This document shows, piece by piece, positions 1 through 10,663 of a DNA stretch of 64,000 bases (position 1 is the first letter of the stretch; every line of letters starts with the position of its first letter). The notes beneath the pieces were generated by a model, which saw only the letters and a list, made by a program, of their open reading frames with translations, was not told where the DNA came from and did no database searches. Location of the stretch: the NCBI RefSeq assembly GCF_006345805.1, contig NC_043009.1, positions 38,564,001-38,628,000 of the forward strand, written 5' to 3'. Source of the stretch: Octopus sinensis (Eukaryota). The translations under genes were made by a program, and so were the position numbers.

Positions 1-90
1 AATCAGATAGCGAACTGTATGTAGTCTCTTGGTAAATTGTAGATGCATCACTCCAGTCCCGTCATGTGGTGTGTTGTTCAGATTCTAAGA

Positions 91-124
<34 letters not shown>

Positions 125-272
125 AGATGAGTGTATTTTTACCTTGTTAACAATTAACACGGAAAAAATAAATAAATAGTTACCAGGGTAGCAAACATCT
201 TACAAGTAAAGATGTTGTAACTCCTTGTTTATAAAGGTAGAAACTTCGTGTTTACATGGAATATTTTGAATA

Positions 273-812
273 ATATATGAATACATAAATGGAGTTTAAC
301 GCAGGTGTAAATCAAATATTTTTACTTTCGACACATGTTTCGAAAATTCCACTGATACTATTCAAAAGAATAAATGGTATAAACAATGCAATCTTCTCCT
401 CAGGAAAGTGAAAAAAGCGAAACTCGTCAATAAGACATTTTAGCAAAAAATGATGAATTTGTATAGCGATAGACAGAACGCTATTAATATTGTTTAAAAA
501 AATGTTATATGATATAACGTCATAAGTAGCTAACAGAAAGAGTAGGGATACCAATAGTGAATGTTAAATATAAAGGAAATTAAAGTTTAAATTATATATA
601 ATGATAGAGATTACTTATATGCACTACATGTATGTTTTTGCCAATGCTTACATCTGTATGCACGCTCTATAACCGTGTTTTTTCACTTTCCTCAGGAGAA
701 GATTGCATTGTTTATACCATTTATTCTTTTGAATAGTATCAGTGGAATTTTCGAAACATGTGTCGAAAGTAAAAATATTTGATTTACACCTGCGTTACAC
801 TCCATTTATTTA

Positions 813-822
<10 letters not shown>
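273..822. repeat. Long inverted repeat (MITE/foldback-like), arms ~273-416 and ~678-822
   Basis: ~140-bp arms are reverse complements with about 3 mismatches (…GCAGGTGTAAATCAAATATTTTTACTTTCGACACATG… / …CATGTGTCGAAAGTAAAAATATTTGATTTACACCTGC…). They enclose an ~260-bp AT-rich spacer, and the right arm runs into (TA)n. Confidence 0.8.
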
Positions 823-884
<62 letters not shown>

Positions 885-888
<4 letters not shown>

Positions 889-996
889 TATTAGTGAATT
901 GAAGAAATGGAGTTGAACGAAGATTGAACAGAAATCGTTTTATTTCATTCTGTTCAATCTTCGTTCCACTCCATTTCTTCAATTCACTAATAATAT
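885..996. repeat. Near-perfect ~49-bp-stem hairpin
   Basis: ATATTATTAGTGAATTGAAGAAATGGAGTTGAACGAAGATTGAACAGAA pairs with TTCTGTTCAATCTTCGTTCCACTCCATTTCTTCAATTCACTAATAATAT (1 mismatch), with an ~14-nt loop. Confidence 0.85.
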
Positions 997-1142
997 TAAA
1001 ATTCAATTATCCGCACCAACGCACGGTTGCAACACCATATGGTTGTACCTCCAACCGTGCTGTCTTCTGCTGTGATTTTTGCTACCAAGGTATCGGTTAA
1101 ACTTTTGATTAATCTGCAACAAGATTATTCATGTTTCTATTT

Positions 1143-1185
<43 letters not shown>

Positions 1186-1205
1186 GTATGGGGTAAGCAT
1201 AAATA

Positions 1206-2484
1206 CAGTGATACCTCATACTACGAGTTTAATTCGTTCCATGACCGAGCTCGTTTTACAAATCAATTTTTCACATTGAAATTTACTAAAGTTTAATCAT
1301 TCCAATCCAGCCCCCACCCAACCGCCCAAAAAATGATATTTTGTAGGTTTTAAAACAGAAAAGGTGTAGCTACAAATAAAAGGACAATTATAAAAAAGAG
1401 AATGCCTAAGGAATATGTAAACTGGTTTAATTAACTGAATTACATTAAAGATGGGAGGATTTGTGCACGAGAAAGACGATAGAGCGGGGAGTGGGGGTGG
1501 AATTACTCGCATTGACACAAAGAGCGAGAGTTAGCCTATCTTTCATAGGGTTGTAGCCTAGCATATTCTTCTCCTCTGCAGTTATGCAGGTCCTTCTGGG
1601 TATTTTTCCCCCCCAAAATGGCTAGTTTCATCACAGTTGAATACCTGTTGTGCGATGTACCTCTCGGCTGCGATGCGCTGTCGGAATTCTCGCATGTAAT
1701 CTTCAGCTGCCTTCGTTTCAGAGCTCGCTGCTTCTCCATACCTGACGGCGCTATGAACACCGGTCCTCATCTTGAAATTATCAAACCACAAACCAGCCCC
1801 GACTGGCCTTAAATGCGTTTGCTGATGTCTCCTCCGTCGATGTTCCAGGGTTCTACTTCAGGAGATCCCCATACAATACTCGTGCTTTCTCACTGATGAT
1901 GGTCTCCGTAATCGTATCCTCTACGAGTTACTTCTCGTTGATCCACAGGCGAAGCAATTTTCACATCCTTTTGTAGATAGATGTGCATTGCTTAGAGAGC
2001 CTAGAGACATCCTTTGCTTTTGTAACGGTCTTGATCTCGTACTTTTTCTTCAGGATAGCGAAGATCATCGACGTGCTCGGTCGTATTGATGTGCTACGTC
2101 CACCACACGCACTCCTCTCTCATGTCAATGATTTCCTTCTTCAACTCTATCGTAATCAGCTTTTTTTCTTTTTCAGTACTGTCCTTTGCACTAACATTCT
2201 TAGGACCCATGGCGAACACAACTAATTATTTGAAAATAATAGCAAAATATGCACAAAGCTGAACAAAACACTGGTAAAAAAACACAAGAGGGTTGCGGCC
2301 TCAACGAGATAAACACGTGAACTGAGCGAGCGAAGACTGCTCAGCGCCGACTAGCGGTCGCTAGTATGAAACTCGCTCGTATTGCGGATTTCTGCTCGTA
2401 CTTCAAGACAAAAATTCGCACGGGCCTCGGTTCGCACAGTAAGTTACTCGTACAATGATGCACTCGTACTGCGAGGTTCTACTG
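1206..2484 (-). mobile_element. Tigger/pogo-type DNA transposon, internally deleted
   Basis: Imperfect TIRs CAGTGATACCTCATACTACGAG / (rc) CAGTAGAACCTCGCAGTACGAG, TA dinucleotides at both ends (1204-1205, 2485-2486), and a transposase remnant inside. Confidence 0.85.
1530..2210 (-). pseudogene. Tigger transposase N-terminal remnant (psq/CENP-B HTH to first catalytic D)
   Basis: Starts MGPKNVSAKDSTEKKKKLITIELKKEII at ATG 2210. Later WFDNFKMRTGVHSAVRYGEAAS…QQVFNCDET matches pogo/Tigger motifs. Multiple stops and frameshifts. Confidence 0.8.
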
Positions 2485-2546
2485 TACTTCATATATAGTT
2501 GGTAAGCATAAATGTCCATAAATCAGATACATATGTTTATGGATGA

Positions 2547-2894
<348 letters not shown>

Positions 2895-3520
2895 ATATTT
2901 GTGTTTGTGTATGTGTGTGGGCATGTATATGTATATGTATGTTTATATATACGTATATATTTATATGCATGCACACACATGTACATGTATGTATGCATTA
3001 TATATGTATATATATACATGTGTGTGTTTGTGTGTGTGTGTGTGTGTGCGTATGTGTGTGTGCGCGTGTGTTTGTTCTGTGTTTGTGCCTATCAGCATGT
3101 ATTTTTTCTTACTTCTGCTATCGCATCCAAGACCTTGCTGGCGTTGCCTTCAACTTATTCATAAATTATTGTATATCTCCAAGTCAGTAAATATATTAAT
3201 GAGTAACATCTCATAAAGCCTTACATATAACAAAGCAACTCTGATTGTTTCTGATTGTGCAGGCGTGCACGATATATAATACGCCAAGCGTACAATATAT
3301 TACATGCAGAAAGATTTGTATTTACATTCAAAGGGCGGACATTAAAATATTGTATTAAACTGTTGAGGTAGAAGAAAAACTTGTTAATTTTGTATTAAAC
3401 GAGAAGAATAGAAGCAATAATGAAAAATATTTGATGAAAGAAATTGAAATTTGTTTATAATTCTTGACAGTTTTATCGTAATTACTGCAATTATTTTAGT
3501 TGCTGGGTTTTTATAAAGTA

Positions 3521-3925
3521 TAGGTGCAGGAGTGGCTGTGTGGTAAGAAGCTTGATTTCCAGTCACATGGCTCCGGGTTCAGTCCCATTGCGTGATACCA
3601 TAGGCAATTTCTAATATAACCTCGCGCTGGCCAAAACCATGAGAGTGGATTTCGTAGACGAAAACGGAAAGAAAACCACACACACACACACACACATATG
3701 TATGTGTGTGTGTGTTTGTGTTTGACCCCCATCACCACCATCGCTTGACAACCGATGCTGGTGTGCTAATGTCCCCGCAATCTAGCTGTTCCACAGCAAA
3801 AATCGATAGAATAAGTACTAGGCTTGCAAAGAATAAGTCATTGGGACGATTTCTTTGAGCAAAAGCCCGTTAATGCGGTGCTCCCGCATGGCCACAGTCA
3901 AATGACTGAAACAAGTAAAATAATA
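3521..3925 (+). mobile_element. SINE1 copy (tRNA head, CORE-like centre, internal microsatellite, LINE-like tail)
   Basis: A-box TGGCTGTGTGG, B-box GGTTCAGTCCC, tail CATGGCCACAGTCAAATGACTGAAACAAGTAAAA; homologous to many copies in this window. Confidence 0.8.
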
Positions 3926-3991
3926 AAAGTATAAAGAAATATAGCTAATCGTCACTCGCGAACGAGTATGGTTTGGTAATATGTCGCATGT

Positions 3992-4150
3992 TTTAAAGCA
4001 GTGAGCTGGTAGAAGCTTTAGTACGCAGAGCAAAATGCTTAGCGGTATTTCGTCCGTTTTCACCTTCTGAGTTTAAATTCGGCAGGTGTTCACTTTGCCT
4101 TTCATTCTTTCGGTGTCGATAAAATAAATACCAATTGAGTACTGGGTTTG
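3992..4150 (+). mobile_element. SINE2 fragment
   Basis: GAGCTGGTAGAA…TGAGTTTAAATTC…GCCTTTCATTCTTTCGGTGTCGATAAAATAAATACCA, matching other SINE2 copies. Confidence 0.7.
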
Positions 4151-4479
4151 TACCAAAATTTGTTGTTGTTTAGGTATCCATGCATCACCCTTAACTGGTG
4201 AAAAATTGAGAATGTGACAGCTGGAGAGTAGGAGGACTGCACCAACGCCTGGCTGAATAAACCGGAGCAATGTTGGTCCCCGTCATATATGAGTAGACTA
4301 GGTGTAGGCGTATGGCATGACGTGCCTTGTTCAAGAATACAACGCGCCGAAGAAAATGAAAGTACGGCGTTATCGTCAATGTCATGGTAGAAAGAAGACT
4401 GCCCCAGTACATGTCTAGTATCCATCTTAGCAGATTAGAATATTAGACTGTATCAATAGGAAATTAAGTGCTTTGCTTC

Positions 4480-4572
4480 AAAGACAGATTAAACTCGACC
4501 AACCTGGAATCGAAACCATGGCTGTATGGTCGTGAGCCAAACACTCTAACCACTAAGCCATGCGTCTTCGCT
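4480..4572 (-). mobile_element. SINE3 tRNA-like head fragment
   Basis: The reverse complement reads TGGCTTAGTGGTTAGAGTG…GGTTTCGATTCCAGG (A and B boxes). Confidence 0.55.
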
Positions 4573-5307
4573 AGTATCTTTATATATGTAAAACTATTAA
4601 GTACAGAATAGGACGATAAAATGGTTGTGAATCAGTACGGTATGAGCAATGTCTGATCTCGTCCTGTTTGCTAAATGTACACAGCTTGTGTACATAATGG
4701 CGTGGTGAATGGTTGAATCCTCAATACACAGTAATAAGCAAACATAGGACTAGGACAGTAGTACACGGACAGGTTTGAAAGATTCGTGTTTAGACATAAA
4801 AATGTCTACCAAGCGGGAAAATTCGTATCCCATTTTCACTATATGGAGGGATCTCACAGGCTTGTGTCGTTTACTCAGGTGCTGGGTCAAGCTAGCTTAA
4901 GGAAGATGCTATCTTATATAAATTTATGAAGAAAGGAATCTGTCAGGTTTTTCTTATGTCAACATTCAATACATTAGTTGTTTTCAAGATCAGATGTTAT
5001 CATGCGTTAAAAAGCAAACGAAAGACCCCCGGCTTTTAATGGTAAACCCATATTTTAATTGTAAAGCTGTCTCTGTAAAAACACACGGCGGTGTCGTTGT
5101 GCAGGGATTTGTAATAGTGAATCCAAAGCCGAAGATTTGATTTCAAATACCGCTACATATTACGTGACTGTATGGGTGTGTGTTAATGTATGTACGTATG
5201 TGTGCATGTTTGTATGCATGTGTGTATGTATGGATGGATGTATGTAAGTATGTGTGTGTGTATACACACAACACGTACAAATATATTGTTATTATTATCA
5301 TTGTTAA

Positions 5308-5516
5308 TAAGGTGGTGATGTGACAGAATCGTTAGCACGCTCGGTAAAATGCTTAGCGGCATTTCATCCGTCTTAACATTCTGAGTTCAAATTCCACCGG
5401 GGTCGACTTGGTCTTTCATCCTTTTGGGGTCGATAAAGTGAGTACCAGTTGAGTTCTAGGGTCGATGTAATCCACTAGTCCTCTGACCCCAAATTTCAGT
5501 GCCTATAGTGGAAAGG

Positions 5517-5575
<59 letters not shown>

Positions 5576-5595
5576 CATTATTATTATTATTATTA

Positions 5596-5665
<70 letters not shown>

Positions 5666-5880
5666 AGGCGGTGAGCTGGTAGAATCGTGAGAATGCTGCG
5701 TAAAATGCTTAGCAGGATTTCATTTACGTTCCGCGTTTAAATTCCTCAGTGGTCGACTATGCCTTTCATCCTTTCATGGTCAATAAAATAAGTACCAGTT
5801 GAACTTTGAGGCCGATGTAATTGACTAGCTCCCTCCCGCCAAATTCCAGGCAATTGTGCTTGTAGTAGAAAGGAATATTA
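5308..5880 (+). mobile_element. Two tandem SINE2b copies separated by an (ATT)n tract (~5517-5661)
   Basis: Both begin AAGG(C/T)GGTGA and end with an …AAATTTCAG…TAGTAGAAAGGA(T)TATTATT-type tail. The (ATT)n appears to be the expanded tail of the first copy. Confidence 0.8.
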
Positions 5881-5893
5881 TTATTAATAATAA

Positions 5894-6318
5894 TAGGCGC
5901 AGGAGTGGCTGTGTGGTAAGTAGCTTGCTAACCAACCACATGATTCCGGGTTCACTCCCACTGCGTGGCATCTTGGGCAAGTGTCTTCTGCTATAGCCTC
6001 GGGCCGACCAATGCCTTGTGAGTGGATTTGGTAGACGGAAACTGAAAGAAGCCTGTCGTATATATGTATATATATATAAGTGTGTGTGTGTATATGTTTG
6101 TGTGTCTGTGTTTGTCCCCCTAGCATTGCTTGACAACCGATGCTGGTGTGTTTACGTCCCCGCCACTTAACGGTTCGGTAAAAGAGACCGATAAAATAAG
6201 TACTGGACTTACAAAGAATAAGTCCCGGGGTCGATTTACTCGACTAAAGGTGGTGCTCCAGCATGGCCGCAGTCAAATGACTGAAACAAGTAAAAGAGTA
6301 AAAGAGAGTAAAGAGTAA
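5894..6318 (+). mobile_element. SINE1, full length, well preserved
   Basis: TAGGCGCAGGAGTGGCTGTGTGGTAAG…CTTGGGCAAGTGTC…CATGGCCGCAGTCAAATGACTGAAAC followed by (AAGAGTA)-like tail repeats. Confidence 0.9.
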
Positions 6319-6679
6319 GGAGAGCTCTAATACATACCAGTCGATAGTTTCAAAAGTAACACCAGGCCCGATATTTTTTCCTGCCAGGCGTTTATCAAAC
6401 GGTCTTATATAAAGCTATATAAGAAATTGGAAACGAGTCTTCAGAAACCAATAGACATATATTGGGTTCTTTTTCTTGTTTTATTTTTTCTTCTATCAAA
6501 TCTACAAACACGCAAACACACAAGTATACGCACACTCTCATGTATATATACTTATATATATATTTACTTATATATGTACGTATATATGTATATGTATCTT
6601 TATTATATATACATATCTATATATGTATAAAAATGTGTATATGCGTATATATATATGTATATATATATATATATATGTA

Positions 6680-6746
6680 TATATATAATGTGCATGTCGA
6701 CGCGTGTGCGTGCATGTGTGTGCGTGTGCATATGTATGTTTGTATG

Positions 6747-6834
<88 letters not shown>

Positions 6835-7250
6835 CATACAAACATACATATGCACACGCACACACATGCACGCACACGCGTCGACATGCACATTATATAT
6901 ATATATGCATATATAAGCAGACACACACTAACACATGTTGCATATATATAGATATGTAGACAGAGAGATAAATAGACAGACAGTCAGACAGGCAGACAGA
7001 TAGACAGACAGGCATATATATATATTTACATCTATCTAACTGTCTTTCTGTCTGCCTGTCTGTCTGCCTGTCTGTCTGTCTGTCTGCCTGTCTGACTGTC
7101 TGTCTATTTATCTCTCTGTCTACATATCTATATATATGCAACATGTGTTAGTGTGTGTCTGCTTATATATGCATATATATATATGATGTGCATGTCGACG
7201 CGTGTGCGTGCATGTGTGTGCGTGTGCATATGTATGTTTGTATGTATGTA
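6680..7250. repeat. Double foldback (A - rcA - B - rcB - A) in microsatellite-like DNA
   Basis: GTGCATGTCGACGCGTGTGCG… occurs on + at ~6690 and ~7188 and as its reverse complement at ~6830-6900; ~6829-7000 is the reverse complement of ~7078-7250. Confidence 0.85.
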
Positions 7251-7494
7251 GTACGTATGTATTTATGCATGTATGTATGTAGTACGTATGTATTCATGCA
7301 TGTATGTATGTAGTAATTATGTATTCGTGTATGTATGTATGTATATATATGTATGCCTGAATGTATGTACGCACACATGTATGTAAGCCAATATCTTTGT
7401 ATGCATGTGTGTTTGTATGTGTTTATGGATGCATGTATGTATGTATATGCATGCTTGCATGTATACACACATACACACATGCACATATCAACAT

Positions 7495-7802
7495 CATGAC
7501 CACCACCACCAAATGAGGCCCCAACATCACCAACTTGGCCACCCCCAACACCATCACGAGCAAGATACCTCAACGACTATCACAACCTCCAACACGGCGA
7601 CGACGACGAACATCACCACCAACACCACTATGCTACCACCACCACCACCACGATAAATACACACGCTTAACCATAAACTACGACCACGACCACGACGACA
7701 ACGACGACAGCCACCACCACCACTGCTACTGCCACAACCATCTCCACCGTCATCGTCATCGCCACCACCATTGCGATGACGACGACGACGACGACGACGA
7801 CG

Positions 7803-7833
<31 letters not shown>

Positions 7834-7855
7834 CTCCCTCCCACCACCATCGCTT
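7495..7855. repeat. Degenerate CAC/GAC trinucleotide low-complexity tract
   Basis: Direct reading; it explains the His/Asp/Val-rich ORFs. Confidence 0.85.
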
Positions 7856-7929
7856 CCCGCTTCCCGACACTCAGTTGTCTTGACCCTCGATCACTCTGTT
7901 GTATATATATATATATTTAGAAAACTCAC

Positions 7930-7999
7930 TCCCATGCTCTGAGGAAAACAAGCTCCGTATCCTGTTTCACGCCTTTCTACAATAGTAACGTACGGGTCT
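7930..7999 (-). CDS. Candidate internal exon (70 nt), xDPYVTIVERRETGYGACFPQSMG
   Basis: Acceptor ctcattactttttccag, donor GGA|gtgagt, one open frame. No protein homology recognised. Confidence 0.2.
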
Positions 8000-8407
8000 C
8001 TGGAAAAAGTAATGAGCGTTGCCCTTCCTCTTCTGACTAAGGTACCAAAATGCACTTATTTATTGCTATCTACATGAATCACGCAGACACAAGCACTCAC
8101 ACACACGCACACACACTTTGACACTTGTAAATAAATATATACACGCACGGAATAAAGAAAATGTTAGCGTAATCAAAATGGCAGATAAATGTTTGCATAT
8201 CGGCTTTTGTTCAGTGAAAAATGTCGTTAGCGATTGCGTAAAGGTTATGTAAATTGAAATTAAATATGGGATTAGTGTTCATACGGTTGGAACATGAGTG
8301 AAGTCATGCATATACACATACTACAAATTCGGTTACAAGTAAATATACATGTGTGTATGAAAGAGGGAAATGCGTGTGCATTGGTGTGTGTGTGTGTGTG
8401 TATGTGC

Positions 8408-8445
<38 letters not shown>

Positions 8446-8519
8446 GGCCATCGACATGATCGACTGCTAGCTACTAAAACTTTATTTTTGTTACTCTCTC
8501 TGTTTATTTACTCGTGTTC

Positions 8520-8554
8520 CTTTCTGTTGAAGAGTGAAGGCTCGAAACGTAAAC
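8520..8554 (+). ncRNA. Hammerhead-like motif with A6U-type core in a PLE-like tail (~8450-8592)
   Basis: cttt CTGTTGA A GAGT gaag GCTC GAAA CGT A aac: stem II plus GAAA plus ACGU palindrome; stem I is weak in this copy. Confidence 0.4.
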
Positions 8555-8768
8555 ACACCTGTCTTCTTTTGTGTTTTTTGTAAATTCCAACAATATGTAT
8601 ATGTATATATATATATATATATGTATAGATTTATATATATATGTATTCAGATGAAACAGTTCTAGTCCTGTAGAAGCTCCTTCTATAAAATAAATTACTT
8701 TACTCTGCTATGTATTGAGTACCTTATTTACTGTGGTTAACCCCGACTCAACCCGGGATCTACATATG

Positions 8769-8802
<34 letters not shown>

Positions 8803-8821
8803 ATATATATGTGTATATAAT

Positions 8822-9028
8822 ATTCTTTTATTCTTTTACTTGTTTTAGTTATTTGACTGCGGTCATGCTGGAGCACCGCCGTTAAGGGTTATTTTTAGAA
8901 ATTGACCCTACGACTTATTCTTTGTAAGCCTAGTACTTATTCTATCAACTCTTTTGTCGAACCGCTAGGTTACGGGGACGTAAACATACCAATATCTGTT
9001 GTCAAGTATACACACATAAATATATACA

Positions 9029-9104
<76 letters not shown>

Positions 9105-9490
9105 ACGACCGGATTCTTTCAATTTTTGTCTACCAAATCCATTCACTTGGATTTGGTCGTCCCGCGGTGCCACGCAGTGAGACTGAACCCGACGCCATGT
9201 GTGGTTGGGAGGCAAACTTCTTATTTTTTACTACCCACAAGGGGCTAAACACAGAGGGGACAAGCAAAGGCAAACAAAGGGGGTAAATTCGAATAGATCC
9301 ACCCTAGTGCGTAACTGGTACTTAATTTATCGACCCCTAAAGGATGAAAGTCAAAGTCGACCTCGGCGGAATTTGAACTCCGAACGTAAAGACAGACGAA
9401 ATACCAGTAAGCATTTTGCCCGGCGTGCTAACGTTTCTGCCTACTCGCCGCCTTTCGCAAACTTCTTACCACACAGCTACCCCTGCGTCT
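8822..9490 (-). mobile_element. SINE1 with a nested SINE2a
   Basis: Reverse-complement tail at ~8830-8880 and head at ~9460-9490, interrupted at 9224-9456. Confidence 0.8.
9224..9456 (-). mobile_element. SINE2a, full length, nested in a SINE1 head
   Basis: 12-bp TSD GCAAACTTCTTA at 9212-9223 and 9457-9468. Confidence 0.9.
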
Positions 9491-9519
9491 GTACTTGTAT
9501 ATATACAAATGTATATATC

Positions 9520-10400
9520 TACGGGCGTATGTCTTTGTGTCTGTGTTTCTCCCCACCACTGCTTTTTCTACCGGTGTTTTTGTGTTTACGTCCGCGTAAA
9601 GTAGCAGGTGTGTAAAAGTAACCGATAGAATAAGTACTTAGCTTGAAAAAATAAGTCCTGCGCTCGATTTGTTCGACTAAATCCCTTCAAGGTGGTGCCC
9701 CAACATAGACGTAGTCCAATGACTGAAGTGAAAACACACACACATACACACACACATGTATGTGTATGAATGTGTTTTGAATCTTCCTCCACAGCTTGAC
9801 AACCGGTGCTAGTTTGTTAACATATTTAGGCGTAGGAGTGGCTGTGTGATAAGTAGCTTCCTTACGAACTACATGGTTCCGGGTTCAGTCCCACTGCGTG
9901 GCACCTTGGACAAGTGTCTTCTACTATAACTTCGCGCCGACCAAGCCTTGTGAGTGGAATTGGTAGACGGAAACTGAAAGAAGCCCGTCGTATATATGTA
10001 TGCATATATATGTATGTGTGTGTATGTGTTTGTGTATCTGTGTTTGTACCCCCAACATCGCTTGACAACCGGTGCTGGTGTGTTTATGTCCCCGTAACTT
10101 AGCGGTTCGGCAAAAGAGACCGATAGAATAAGTACTAGGCTTACAAAGAATAAGTCCTGGTTTCGATTTGCTCGACTAAAGGCGGTGCCCCAGTGTGGCC
10201 ACAGTAACATGTCTGAAACAAGTTAAAAAAAAAAAGAGTAAATATTAGTGACTAAGCAGTTCTGCAAAAGAGCCTGATAGAATAAACACCAAACTTTAGT
10301 ACAATAAGTACTCTGGTCAATTTGTTCTCGTAAACCCTTCAAGATGGTACTCCAGCATGGCTGGAGTCCTGGAACTGAAGCAAGTAAAAGATAAAAGAAG
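9520..10400 (+). mobile_element. SINE1 cluster: 3' half (~9520-9730), full copy (~9827-10240), tail fragment (~10250-10400)
   Basis: Homology to the 5894-6318 copy. Confidence 0.8.
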
Positions 10401-10430
10401 TAAACCTAAATCCGAGTAGCTTTCAATACC

Positions 10431-10663
10431 TATTTCTTTACTACCCACAAGGGGCTAAACATAGAGGGGACAAACAAGGACAGACAAACGGATTAAGTCG
10501 ATTATATCGATCCCAGTGCGTAACTGGTACTTAATTTATCAACCCCGAAAAGATGAAAGGCAAAGTCGACCTCGGCGGAATTTGAACTCGGAACGTAACG
10601 GCAGACGAAATACGGCTACGCATTTCGCCCGGCGAGCTCACGTTTCTGCCTGCTCTTCGCCTC
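10431..10663 (-). mobile_element. SINE2a, full length
   Basis: 15-bp TSD GTAGCTTTCAATACC at 10416-10430 and 10664-10678. Confidence 0.9.

Noticed and set aside
7535-7942. His/Asp-rich ORF suggestive of a metal-binding protein
   Set aside because: It is fully explained by a degenerate CAC/GAC trinucleotide tract running into TA repeats, and overlapping frames give equally biased peptides.
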